DNA of 64,000 nucleotides from Scyliorhinus canicula (Eukaryota): contig NC_052164.1 in the NCBI RefSeq assembly GCF_902713615.1, positions 105,600,989 to 105,664,988 on the forward strand. The letters are read 5' to 3'. This document shows positions 47,884 to 59,990 of the stretch, piece by piece. The notes under the pieces are model-generated. The model searched no databases, was not told where the DNA came from, and saw only the letters and a program-made list of their open reading frames with translations. The first letter of the stretch is position 1. Each line of letters starts with the position of its first letter. The position numbers and the translations under genes are program-made.

Positions 47884-50800
47884 TCAATATTCTTTTTTTT
47901 AAATTTGTTTTTATTCAAAATTTTACAAACCACTACAGAAAGAAAACAACAAAAAACATAATAAAGAAAAGCAAATTGACAACTTAACAAAGCAAGGTGG
48001 GGTATCTGCCCTTTACAAGTAAAATCTATCCATCACTCATACCCCCCCCCGGTTGCTGCTGCTGACCCCCACTTAATGTTCCGCGAGAAAGTTAAGGAAC
48101 GGTTGCCACTGCCTGGAGAACCCCTGCAAGGACCCTCTTAAGGCAAACTTTATCCTTTCCAAACTTAGAAACCCAGCCATGTCACTGACCCTTAGAAACC
48201 CAGCCATGTCACTGACCCAAGTCTCCACACTTGGGGGCTTCGCGTCCCTCCACATTAACAAGAGCCGTCTCTGGGCTGCCAAGGAGGCAAAGGCCAAGAC
48301 TTCGGCCTCTTTCGGCTCCTGCATTCCCGGATCTTCTGACACCCCAAATATCGCTATCCCCCAGCTCGGCTTTACCCGAGTGTCCAAGACCTTGGACATA
48401 GCCTTTACAAAGCCTCTCCAAAATCCTGTCAGTGCCGGGCATGCCCAAAACATATGGACATGGTTTGCTGGGCTCCCTGAACACCTCACACACCTGTCCT
48501 CCACCCCAAAGAACTTACTCATTCTCGCCATAGTCATATGAACCCGGTGCACCACCTTAAACTGAACCAGGCTAAGCCTGGCACAGGATGAGGAGGAATT
48601 GACCCTGTCCAGGGCGTCTGCCCACAGGCCCTCATCCAGCTCCTCCTCCCACTTGCCCTTCAGTTCCTCCACCGAGGCCTCCTGCAGCTCCTGGTATATG
48701 TCCGATAGCTTTCCGTCTCCTACCCACACGCCCGAGACCACCCTGTCCTGTATCCTCCGGGTCGGTAGCAGCGGAAATTCCCCCACCTGCTTCCTCACGA
48801 AAGCTCGGACCTGCAGGTACCTAAAGGTATTCCCTGGGGGAAACCCAGATTTCTCTTCCAGCGCCCTCAGGCTAGCAAAAGTCCTGTCAATAAACAAGTT
48901 CCCCATCCTTTTGATACCCGCTCTGCGCCAGCTTAGTAACCCACCGTCTATTCTACCTGGAACGAACCTGTGGTTGTTTCGTATCGGGGTCCAAACTGAG
49001 GCCCTTACCTCCCCCCTGTGCCGTCTCACTGACCCCAGATCCTCAATGTCGCCATCACCACCGGGCTCGAGGTGTACCGTGTCGGCGGGAGCGGCAGTGG
49101 TGCCGTTATCAATGCCCGCAGGCTAGTATCCCTGCAAGACGCTTCCTCCAACTGTTTCCACGCCGTTCCCCCTCCCTCTACTACCCATTTCCGAATCGCC
49201 TCCTCCACCAGCACACTCAAAACCTCCCTCATCTCCTTCCTCATTGTCTCCATGTATTTTGTAAACTGCCTTTCGAATTCCGCAGCCATCACCTTAGTTA
49301 TTTTTTCAGCCGTAAGCATTGCGGCCTCCCCTGGTGCTCCAGCCTCCATTTTCCTTGGTGACCCCGCGGTGACCTTTCTACTCCCCGACGGATTTTCAGC
49401 TGTTTTCACAGCCATTTTTTTACTGGCCCTCGACATATCCCTTCCCTGTGCTTTCTCCTGGCCTTCACCGCCTTCGCTGCCCCTAGGACTGGGCGTCAAT
49501 CCCCGACAATGCCGTTCTCGAACGGGAGCCCTCCAATGCGCGGCTACCTCCCGCCCGCCGTCACCGGAAGCTGGTGGCCAGGATCTTGGCAAACAGTTTG
49601 GCATCTACATTAAGGAGTGATATCGGCCTGTAGGAGCCACATTGCAACAGGTCCTTATCTCGCTTAAGGATGAGCGAGATCAGAGCCTGCAATATCGTCG
49701 GGGGAAGGGTTCCCTTTTCCTTAGCTTGAGTGGGTTGCTCTTTGTAAGGGCCGGTGCAGACTCGATGGGCCGAATGGCCTCCTTCTGCATTGTAAATTCT
49801 ATGATTCTCAGTTGGTCCAAGAATCGCTTCATCCCCTCCCCCCTCCGGGGGTTCTGACTCATACAGTTTACCATAAAAGTCCTTGAAGACCTCATTGATC
49901 ATTGCCGAACTCAGCACTGTGTTACCCCCCGTCCCTAATTCCCCCAATTTCCCTGGCCGCCTCTCCCGCAGTTGGTGCGCCAGCATCCTGCTTGCCTTCT
50001 CCCCATACTCGTACATCGCTCCTTGTACCTTCCTCCACTGAGCCTCTGCCTTCCCTGTGGTAAGCAAGTCAAACTTCGCCTGCAGACTCCGCCGTTCTTT
50101 TAACAACCCCTCCTCGGGGGATTCCGAATTCCTCCTGTCCACCCAAAGTATCTCCCCCACCAACCCCTCCCTCTCCATCCTATCCCTCTTCTCCCTGTGG
50201 GCCCTGACTGAAATGAGCTCCCCCCCGATAACTGCCTTCAGTGCCTCCCAGACCACACTCACTGAAACCTCCCCAGTATCGTTGGTCGCCACATAGCCTT
50301 GGCTACTCCTCCGAATCCGCCCACAGACCTCCTCATCCGCCAATAATCCTACGTCCAGTCTCCACAGAGGGCGTTGGCCTCTCTCCTCCCCCAGCCCCAA
50401 CTCCACCCAGTGTGGGGCATGGTCCGAAATCTCAATGGCTGAGTACTCTACCCCCTCCATTCTCGGGATTAGCGCCCTACTCACCATGAAAAAGTCAATC
50501 CGTGAGTACGCCTTGTGGACATGGGAGAAGAAAGAAAACTCCTTCGCCCTTGGCCGAGCGAATCTCCACCCATTTGGTCCATGAACCCCCTCAGGACCTT
50601 GGCCGCTGCCGGCCTCTTACCCGATCCAGACCGAGACCGATCCAGGGCCGGGTCCAGGACCGTGTTGAAGACCCCCCCCCCCCCCCCCCGTTACCAGACT
50701 GCTTGTCTCCAAATCCGGAATCCTACTCAACATCCGCTTCATGCATCGTCCCAGTTCGGAGCAGACACATTCACTAACACCACCCGGGCTCCCTGCAGTT

Positions 50801-51704
50801 TGCCACTCACCATAATATATCCACCCCCTTTATCCGCCACAATACCCCCCCCCCCCGCCTCAAATGCCAGCCGCTTGCTCACCAAGATTGTGACCCCTCT
50901 GGTCTTCGCATCCAGCCCTGAGTGGAAGACCTGCCCCACCCATCCCTTCCTCAGCCTGGTTTGATCCGCGAGCTTCAGATTCGTTTCTTGTAGCACGGCT
51001 ACGTCTGCCTTTAACCCGCTTCAGTGCGAAAACACACGGGCCCTTTTGACCGACCCATTCAGGCCCTCACGTTCCACATGGTCAGCCTGGTCGGGGGGTT
51101 AATTACCCTCCCCCCACCGACTAGCCATCCCCGTTTTCGGCCAGCCACGTGCCCACGCCTCCCGCACACTCCAGCCCCCCAGCCGGAGGCTCCCCGTCCC
51201 GACTCTCCCCTTTACTCCAAAAATTGATTCCCCTCCAATCAGCAAAGCAGCATCCCAGCCCTCCCCCCTCTTCAACCCCCCCCCCCCACCCTAGTCAAGC
51301 GTTCGCTTAACCCCCCCCCATTGCACTCCCGCAAGTCAGCTGATTCGTGCTGACCCCATCCGCCCCCGACCCGACTTCCAATGCCCCTATTGGCTCCCTC
51401 TACGGGTCTCCAACCTCCCCCCCCCCCCCCCCCCCCCCCCCAACTAAGTGAGGTAAAGAGAGTCGTCGTTCCCCCCCCCACACCCCGTGTGTACAGAGAA
51501 AAAAAAACACAACTCTCTCAAACAAACAAACTTTGGGTGCTACCCCCAACGTTGAGCGAATAAACTGCTCTCACTGTCTGGCCCGACTCCATCACCTGTG
51601 ACGCAGCTCTTCCCCAACTGCGACCCAGCCCAGAACCCCCAGGGCCCAGGGCACAGGGGGCAACAAAAACAAAAGAGAACACGGGGAGAAAACCCAACAT
51701 AACA

Positions 51705-52325
51705 CCGCCCCACAGCCCCTACCCACCCACCACCCCACCAGCCCCCACCACCCCCCCCGCCCCCCACCGCCCCACCAGCCCCTACCCACCCACCACCCCA
51801 CCAGCCCCCACCACCCCACCAGGCCCCACCACCCCACCCCAGCCCCCACCACCCCCCAGTCCCCACCATCCCACCAGCCCCCACCACCCCCCCGCCCCCC
51901 ACCATCCCACCAGCCCCCACCACCCCCCCAGGCCCCACCACCCCACCCCAGCCCCCACCACCCCCCAGTCCCCACCATCCCACCAGCCCCCACCACCCCC
52001 CCGCCCCCCACCATCCCACCAGCCCCCACCACTCCACCAGCCCCCACCACCCCACCAGCCCCACCAGCCCCCCCAGCCCCCACCACCCCCCCCACCCCCC
52101 ACCAGCCCCCAGCCCCCACCACTCCACCAGCCCCCCCACCACCCCACCAGGCCCCACCACCCCACCAGCCCCCACCACCCCCCAGTCCCCACCAGCCCCC
52201 ACCAGCCCCCACCACCCCACCAGCCCCCACCACCCCACCAGCCCCCAGCCCCCACCACACCACCAGCCCCCCCCACCACCCCACCAGCCCCCACCAGGCC
52301 CCACCACCCCCCAGTCCCCACCAGC
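51705..52325. repeat. C-rich (cccaccagcccccacca) expansion in the L1 inter-ORF spacer
   Basis: Directly visible. Confidence 0.9.
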
Positions 52326-52351
52326 ATGCCCCAACAACATACTGCAGTCCA

Positions 52352-53245
52352 TTAGTTCGAGTCCAGCTTCTTGTTCTTTATAAAAGTCCACGCCTCATCC
52401 GGTGTATGGAAATAGTGGTGCCGGTCCTGATATGTAACCCACAGCTTCGCCGGTTGTAACAGCCCGAACTTCACCCCTTTGCTGTGGAGGGCCGCTTCGG
52501 CCCGGTTGAATCCCGCACGCCTCTTGGCCAGCTCTGCACCCCAGTCCTGGTAAATACGGATCTCACAGTTCTCCCACCTGCTACTCCGCTCCTTCGCCCA
52601 TCGCAGGACACGCTCCTTATCGCTGAAGCGGTGGAATCTTACCACCATAGCTCTCGGCGGCTCGTTCGCCCTCGGCCTCCTGGCCAGGACTCTGCGCGCC
52701 CCACCCAGCTCCAGGGGCCGCGGGAAAGCCCCCGCACCCATCAGCGTTCCCAGCATCGTGGTCACATACGCCCCAGCATCCGACCCCTCCCTGCCTTCAG
52801 GGAGACCCAGAATCCGCAGGTTCTGTCTCCTTGACCTGTTTTCAATGTCTTCCAGCCTCTCCTGCCATCTTTTGTGCAGAGCCTCGTGCGCCTCCACTCT
52901 AACCGCCAGGCCCAAAATCCCATCCTCGTTATCAGAGGCCTTCTGCTGCACCTCCTTGATCGCCGTCCCCTGCATCTTCTGGGTCTCCACCAACCTTTCA
53001 ATAGAAGCCTTTATAGGGGCCAACATCTCCACCTTTAACTCACCGAAGCAGCTTCGGAGAAACTCCTGCTGCTCCCGTGCCCACTGGGCCCTCGCTGCCC
53101 GATCCCCGCCGGCCGCCATCTTGTTTTTTCGCGCCCGTTCTCTCTTCTCCAAAGCCGCCTTTTTGACTGCCCCACTCCTGGTCCACTCCATACAGCGCTG
53201 GGGGACCCTCACTGTTTCCTTCCCACACCGGGAATCGTCGTCCAA
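52352..53245 (-). CDS. L1 ORF1p (coiled coil-RRM-CTD), open frame; true start may be a downstream Met
   Basis: EDIENRSRRQNLRILGLPEG, PPRAMVVRFHRFSDKERVL, IYQD, PAKLWVT. Confidence 0.85.
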   Translation of the reverse strand: MDDDSRCGKETVRVPQRCMEWTRSGAVKKAALEKRERARKNKMAAGGDRAARAQWAREQQEFLRSCFGELKVEMLAPIKASIERLVETQKMQGTAIKEVQQKASDNEDGILGLAVRVEAHEALHKRWQERLEDIENRSRRQNLRILGLPEGREGSDAGAYVTTMLGTLMGAGAFPRPLELGGARRVLARRPRANEPPRAMVVRFHRFSDKERVLRWAKERSSRWENCEIRIYQDWGAELAKRRAGFNRAEAALHSKGVKFGLLQPAKLWVTYQDRHHYFHTPDEAWTFIKNKKLDSN

Positions 53246-53544
53246 ATGCCGCTGGAGCTCCGTAAAAGGCCCAAACGTCCGTTATCGGCGGGAGCTGCCG
53301 ACCGTGTGACCTACCCAGGCATAGCCGCAACCGGAAGTCTAAATCAATATTCTTTGTGAGTTGCAGTTGTCTTTTTTCGCAAGCTGGTAAAATCACTTGA
53401 TCTCTTTCCCAAAATTATCCCAACCTCTGCATTTATTAAGAAACAAAGACAAAGTCTCAGGTGGGGACAGCTTTACTTTCTGAAGGCGTGTTCTTAAGCT
53501 TCCCATGCTTTCATTCATGATTGTTCTCCGTGTGGATAGTTCCA

Positions 53545-54790
53545 ATTTCAACTATCTTCAACTGCTTCATCAGTGACCTTTTCTTCCTCATGATGTCAGA
53601 AGTGGAGATGGTCACTGCACAATGTTCACCATTCGTGACCCCTCAGATACTGAAGCAGTCGTTGTCCATATGCAGAAAGTCATGGACAATGTTCAGGCTT
53701 TGGATGATAAGTGGCAACTCGCGTTTGCGCTAAGTGACAGGACTGTCCCCAATGAGAGAATCTAACCTCCCGTTAACATTCAATGGCATTACCGTCACTA
53801 AACCCCCATTATCAAGATCCCTGGGGGTGACCATTGATCAGAAACGGAACCGGATTCGCCATATAAACACTGGCTTTTAGACCAGGTCAGAGGCTGGGAA
53901 TTCTGCGACGTGTAACTCACTTCTGGCCCCCTCCCCCTGAAAGCCGGTCCACCATCGAAAGGCACAAGGCAGTAGTCTGATGGAATGCTCTCTACTTGCA
54001 ATGGGCGGCATGGCAGCTCAGTGGTTAGAACAGTCACTTCACAGCTCCAGGGTCCCTGGTTTGATTCCCGGATTGTGTCACTGTCTGTGCAGAGTCTGCA
54101 CGTTCTCCCCGTGTGTGTGGGTTTCCTCCCACAGTCCAAAGATGTGCAGGTGAGGTGGATTGGTTTTGCTGAATTGCCCTTAGTATCCAAAAAGGTTAGG
54201 TGGGGGTTGCTGGGTTACGGGGATAGGGTGGAGGTGTGGCCTTAGGTAGGGTGCCCTTTCCAAAGGGACGGTGCAGACTTGATGGGCTGAATGGCCTCCT
54301 GCGTTGTAAATTCTATGATGTCTATGATGCTTGGATGAGCTCAGCTTCGACAACACTCAAGAAACTCGACACCATCAAGGACAAAGTACCCTTGATTTAC
54401 ACCCCATACACCACTTTCAAGATTCACTCCTTCCCCCCCCCCCCCCCATCAATGCACAGTGGCAGCCGTGTGTACCATCTACAAGATGCACTGCAGCAAC
54501 TCATCAAAACCCCTTCAACAGCACCTTCATAACCTCTGGTCTCTACCATCTAGAAATGCAAGGGCAGCAGACAGATAAGAACACCACCTACCACCTGGAG
54601 GTTCCCCTCCAGGTCACTCCCCATCCTGACTTGGAAATATATCGCCATTCTGTCGCTGGGTCAAAATCCTGGAACTCCCTCTCTAACAGCACTGTGGGTG
54701 TACCTACACCCTATGGACTGCAGTAGTTCAAGAAGGCAATTAGGGATGGGCAGCAAATGCTGGCCTAGTCAATGATGCCCACTCGCATCC
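53545..54790 (+). mobile_element. Old CR1/L2-clade LINE 3' part with a V-SINE at 54003-54328
   Basis: Decayed RT-like text; tail gcaattagggatgggcagcaaatgctggcc shared with ~1600, ~35150 and ~44910. Confidence 0.7.
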
Positions 54791-55769
54791 CATGATGACG
54801 TGTGCAATTTGGCAGCCAGTGATTGGCTGAGGTGTGAGGTGGTTGTGAAAGGCAAATTCTTGTTTTAACTAAAATCTATATCAAAACATCTTATAATCGT
54901 GGGAGGAGCTGAAAGATGTTTAGTTTGGAAATAGCTTGCTGCTTTTCATGTCAAGCATGCAGGAAGCCCTTCACTAGCTTTCTTGCAAAATTGAACAGGT
55001 GCTGCCTCCTACATTATTCATTGTTTGTCTCCTTGCTTGGTGCTGGCTGAGGACAAGTGTATGTCAGGTGCAAGGAACCTCTTTTAAATCCTTGTCTGAT
55101 CTTTTGTGTCCTTTTTATTTCTCATCTGGTTCAACGTTCCAGATTTTAGGTTTAAACTACAGACTTTTGAAACCCCCTCATCCCCGGCAAGCTGCTATTT
55201 GAACTGGCCCAAGGGAATTCCCCTCCGTGCAGTGTGTGGTATGGCAGGGTCACGTGATGTCATTTTGATGGACTTGGCCAGCAGTAAATCGGCTCTTCTG
55301 AAATTCCAGGACATATCCTGTTTCCAATTGTGATTGGTAGAGCCCTTCAGAAGCTCCTGGAACAGAAGGCAGATTCTATTTTGACTCTCAGTTCTGTGAA
55401 AACCTAGGAAGCAGCAGGTTCTAACAGCTAAGGCTGATGATTAAAACACTTTTTAGGCCGGCCTGTGGAAGTTTCACTTTGGATTAAAAGATTGAGGAGC
55501 TGAATCTGATTTCTCGCAACTGTATTTAAAGACCTTTCTCTCTGCAATCAGTTCAACCTGCGGGAGGATCCAGTCCAGCACTGCTTGCAGGAAGAGGGGG
55601 CTGTTTGGAAACCTATTTAAAATCCTCAGGTGAAGAATTCTAATATTTTCTCTGTGAGGCTGAGTCAATCTGGTGGAGATTGTGCAAATGAGAGTGACTT
55701 CCCAGGGAGAATTCTACAGCCTGCCTCTTCCAGTTGGAAACAAACAGAAGATCCAAGCGAACCGAATAT

Positions 55770-56048
55770 TTCAACCTACCCAAGGTCAACACTTCCACCC
55801 TATCCCCATAACCCAGTAACCCCACCCAACACTGAAGGAAATTTTGGACACTCAGGGCAATTTATCATGGCCAATCACCTAACCTGCACATCTTTGGACT
55901 GTGGGAGGAAACCGGAGCTCCCGGAGGAAACCCACGCACACATGGGGAGGATGTGCAGACTCCACACAGACAGCGACCCAAGCCGGAATCGAACCTGGGA
56001 CCCTGGAGCTGTGAAGCAATTGCGCTATCCACAATGCTACCGTGCTCC
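55770..56048 (-). mobile_element. V-SINE
   Basis: Head and core. Confidence 0.88.
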
Positions 56049-56084
56049 CACAGATTCTCCCACAAGAGGACATATCCTCTACAC

Positions 56085-56479
56085 ACTCACCCTGTCCATA
56101 CCCCTCAGGGTGGCCGTGTACACCCACCCTGTCCATACCCCTCAGGGTGGCCTTGTACACCCACCCTGTCCATACCCCTCAGGGTGGCCGTGTACACCCA
56201 CCCTGTCCATACCCCTCAGGGTGGCCTTGTACACCCACCCTGTCCATACCCCTCAGGGTGGCCGTGTACACCCACCCTGTCCATACCCCTCAGGGTGGCC
56301 TCGTACACCCACCCTGTCCATACCCCTCAGGGTGGCCGTGTACACCCACCCTGTCCATACCCCTCAGGGTGGCCTCGTACACCCACCCTGTCCATACCCT
56401 CAGGGTGGCCGTGTACACCCACCCTGTCCATACCCCTCAGGGTGGCCTCGTACACCCACCCTGTCCATACCCCTCAGGG
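56085..56479. repeat. 37-38-bp minisatellite, ~10 copies, CR1-derived core
   Basis: cacccaccctgtccatacccctcagggtggccgtgta. Confidence 0.95.
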
Positions 56480-56514
56480 TAAAAGTCTGGTGATGAAACC
56501 ATTGTCGATTGACA

Positions 56515-56777
56515 GAGAACATACAGTGCAGAAGGAGGCCATTCGGCCCATCGAGTCTGCACCAACCCACTTAAGCCCTCACTTCCACCCTATCCCCGTA
56601 ACCCAATAACCCCTCCTAACCTTTTGGTCACTAAGGTCAATTTAGCATGGCCAATCCACCCTAACCTGCACGTGTTTGGACTGTGGGAGGAAACCGGAGC
56701 ACCCGGAGGAAACCCACGCACACACGGGGAGGATGTGCAGCCGGGAATCGAACCCGGGACCCTGGGGCGGCTGTGCT
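56515..56777 (-). mobile_element. V-SINE
   Basis: Core and CR1 tail. Confidence 0.88.
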
Positions 56778-56849
56778 ACCCAGTGTGGCCTACAGGGGAG
56801 TGCAGAGCCACAGCAATGTGGTTGGCTGTGTAATGCTCTCCGGGATGGT

Positions 56850-57830
56850 GACCCAATGCCGCCTTCACCATATTCACACCCGGGAGAGGCGGCAACCCGG
56901 CTGAGAGGGACCCGCACCAAGATGGCGGCGGCTGGGGGCGGGGCTGGGGGTGGGGCCGGGGGCGGGGCTGGGGCTGGGTGTGGGGCCGGGGGGCAGGGCC
57001 GGGGGAGGGGCCGGAGGCGGGGCCTGGGGCAGGGGGCGGGGGCCGGGGGTGGGGCTGGGGCTGGGTGTGGGGCCGGGGGGCAGGGCCGGAGGCGGGGCCT
57101 GGGGCAGGAGGCGGGGGCTGGGGGCGGGGCAGGAGGCGGGGGCTGGGGGCGGGGCCGGAGGCGGGGCCTGGGACGGGGGGGCGGGGCCGGAGGCGGTTGC
57201 CCAGGGGACGCGGGGGCGGGATGGGGCAGGGGGCGGGGCAGGGGGCAGGGCCAGGGGTGGTTGCCCGGGGGACGTGGGGGCGGGGCTGGGGGCGTGGCCT
57301 GGGGGCTGGGGGGGTGGGGCCGGAGACACGAGGGGGGCGGGGCTCGGGACACGTGGGGGGCGGGGCCCGGGAGACGAGGGGCGGGGCAAGGCCCGGGAGA
57401 CGAAGGGGGCGGGGCAAGGCCCGGGAGACGAGGGGGCGGGGCCCGGGAAAAGAAAGGGCGGGGCCCGGGAGACGAGGGGGGCGGGGCCCGGGGGAAGAAA
57501 GGGCGGCGCCTGGAAGAAGAGGGGGCGGGGCCGAGGCGGTTGCCCGGGTGACGGGCGCGGGGCCGGCTGGGATTGCGATGGCCGCCCTCAGTAAGGAGGA
57601 ATATCTGAAGCGGTACCTGAGCGACTCGGCCCAGGAACCGGACCGCCCGGCAGCCAGGCGGAGGAGGAAGAAAGTCAAGATCAAAGCGGCTGGGTGAGGC
57701 GCCCGGAGCGGGGGCGAGAGCCCCGGAGCGGGGGCGGTCAGCCTCACCGGGAAGGCCCGGGCCCGCTTGTGGTGTCGGCCGGGCGGGACCACGGGACCAC
57801 CCCCCCCCCCCGAGCTAGATTACCCGGTTA
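56850..57830 (+). promoter_or_regulatory. BUD13 CpG island with YY1 motif (CAAGATGGCGGC 56918-56929) and a GC-box repeat expansion
   Basis: CpG density; many GGGGCGGGG copies. Confidence 0.75.
57578..57693 (+). CDS. BUD13: BUD13 exon 1 (MAALSKEEYLKRYLSD...RRRRKKVKIKAAG)
   Basis: LSKxEYLKRYLS N-terminal signature; phase 2 donor gtgagg; synteny with ZPR1. Confidence 0.93.
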
Positions 57831-58909
57831 CCTCAATTCTGTTACTGGAATCTTGCTGTGCCACACTGGGGTTTCCTGGATCCTAACAGCGGGTGGGGTG
57901 GCCTAGAGATTGAGGGGGGAGAAGACTGGGTCTAGGTCTTAAACCTCTTAAGCCTTAACCTCTTAAGTCTTAAGCCATAAACCTAAAGGTAGTTACAAGG
58001 GCATGAAAAGAAGCTCCTGAGAATCATCTGGTAATGTAGATTCAAGATAGGTCAATAGAGGCAAGGTGGATTCTTTCAGGAGAGTGGCACAACAGATGGG
58101 AAAATGGTGTTGATGTCACCAGCCCTAAATGGCTGCTTTCTCCACTGTGTCATAGAATCCCAACAGTGCAGAAGGAGTCTGTATCGACCCTCCAAAAGAG
58201 CACCCTGCCTAAGCAAGTTCCCCACCCTATCTCTATAACCTAACCTACACATCTTTGGACACTAAGGGACAATTGAGCATGGCCAATCCACCTAACTTAC
58301 ACATCTTTGGACACTAAGGGACAATTGAGCATGGCCAATCCACCTAACCTGCACATCTTTGGACTGATAGTGAGAAAAAAAGTGGTGGGATGGTTCCAGT
58401 GATGTGACATTCACAGGGTGGACTCAATCAGATCAGGGCACCTTTTCAAAGGGTGTTCTGATACATAAGAGTCAAAACTGAAGTCCTCACCCCATCCCCC
58501 ACACCATGCCACCCTTGCCTCTTAGCACCCACCCAGATAGCCCCTCTCCCCCCCCCCCCAATCGAACACCCCCTGGCACTGGTTTCTTCTAGCAGGTTCT
58601 GCTCACCAGGTGTATGCCTGCTGTAATTCACAGCATGCTGACATGAGTAGATTATGTATCAGCTTTGGGGGGGTTATCAGGTGTAGTGTCAGGATTCCTG
58701 ACATGTCACTGGCAGGAGGCGGGGAATGCAGGAACAATCATGTCATGCCTTCACATTGGTGTAAAATGTGATTTGGACCTCCCTCTGGATTTTCCATTCC
58801 CTCCACCGATCTCGTCTGACAAAAGTGAGCTCAATCCCCCCAAAGTTGGCTGACAATTAAAGGAACATTTCCGGATACTCAGAATACATAGATTCAACGA
58901 GACAGTAAA

Positions 58910-59990
58910 ATTCCAAAGGGGTGATCCACCATCTGTGGTTAACTAAGAACATTAAAGATACTATCAGACTTCAAAGAAAAAAATCATTAATTGCACAAAG
59001 GTTGGGCGGTAAGTCAGAATTGGGCAGAATATAAAAAATAGTAAAGAATGCCGAAAAAATCAACAAGGAGGAAAAATTAGGGTACGAGAAATAGTTAGAA
59101 ATATAAAGACAGACAGTAAGAGTTTCTGTAGATATTAAACAAAGCGAGTCTGAGGAATGAATAATAGAAAATGAGATGGCGGCAGATGAGTTGAACAGAT
59201 ATTTTACACTATAGAAGATAAAGTAACATCAGGCTGAGTCAACATGTGAGCAAGTAATTAAGAAAGCTAATAGAATGTTACTTATTATTGTGAGGGGATT
59301 GAATGCAAGAATGGGGAGGTTATGCTTCAGTTTTACAGGGCATTGCTGAGCCCACATCTGGAGTATTGTATACAGTATTGGTCTCCTTGTGTACGAAAAG
59401 GTGTAAAAGGATTGGGAGCAGTTGAGAGAAGATTTACTAGACTAATAGCTGGAATGGGTGGGTTGTCGTCTGAGGAAAGGTTGGACAAGCTGGGCTTCTA
59501 TTCGCTGGAGTTTAGAAGAGTTAAGAGGAAACTTTATTGAAACATAGATCCTGAGGGGACTTGACAGGGTGGATGTGGAGAGGATGTTTCCTCTTCACAG
59601 AATTACAGACTTGTTAAGATGCAGATGGAGGCTATTTGGTCCATTGTGACTACATTGGCTCTCCAAATGAGCATCATGGCATGGTGCCATTCCTCTGCCT
59701 TTTCCCAGTGCAGCTAGAATGAGGGGCTCTGTTTAAAAAGCGGTTTCCCATTTAAGATGGATGAGATTTTCTTTTCTCAGGGGGCTGAGAGTCTCTGGAA
59801 CTCTCTTCCTCACAAGGTGATGGAAGAAGAATCTTTGAATATTTTTAAGGCAGGGCTGGATAGATTCTTGGTAAGCAAGGGGGCGAAAGATTATCGGGGT
59901 AGGCGGGTATGTAGGGTTGAGGTTACAATCAGATCAGATGTGATCTTTCAGAATGGCAGAATTGGCTCAAAGGGCCAAGTTGCCTATTAA
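58910..59990 (+). mobile_element. Decayed CR1 fragments
   Basis: PHLEYCIQYWSP, SLEFRR, LWNSLP. Confidence 0.82.

Larger units (their letters stand above)
47896..53339 (-). mobile_element. Chimeric L1-clade insertion with intact 5' end
   Basis: 16-bp TSD taaatcaatattcttt (47880-47895, 53340-53355); GACTTCCGG 5' end; ORF1; decayed EN; second internal 5' end at 49570; RT core absent. Confidence 0.93.

Noticed and set aside
51540-52391. Gly/Trp-rich ORFs
   Set aside because: Simple-repeat expansion in the L1 spacer
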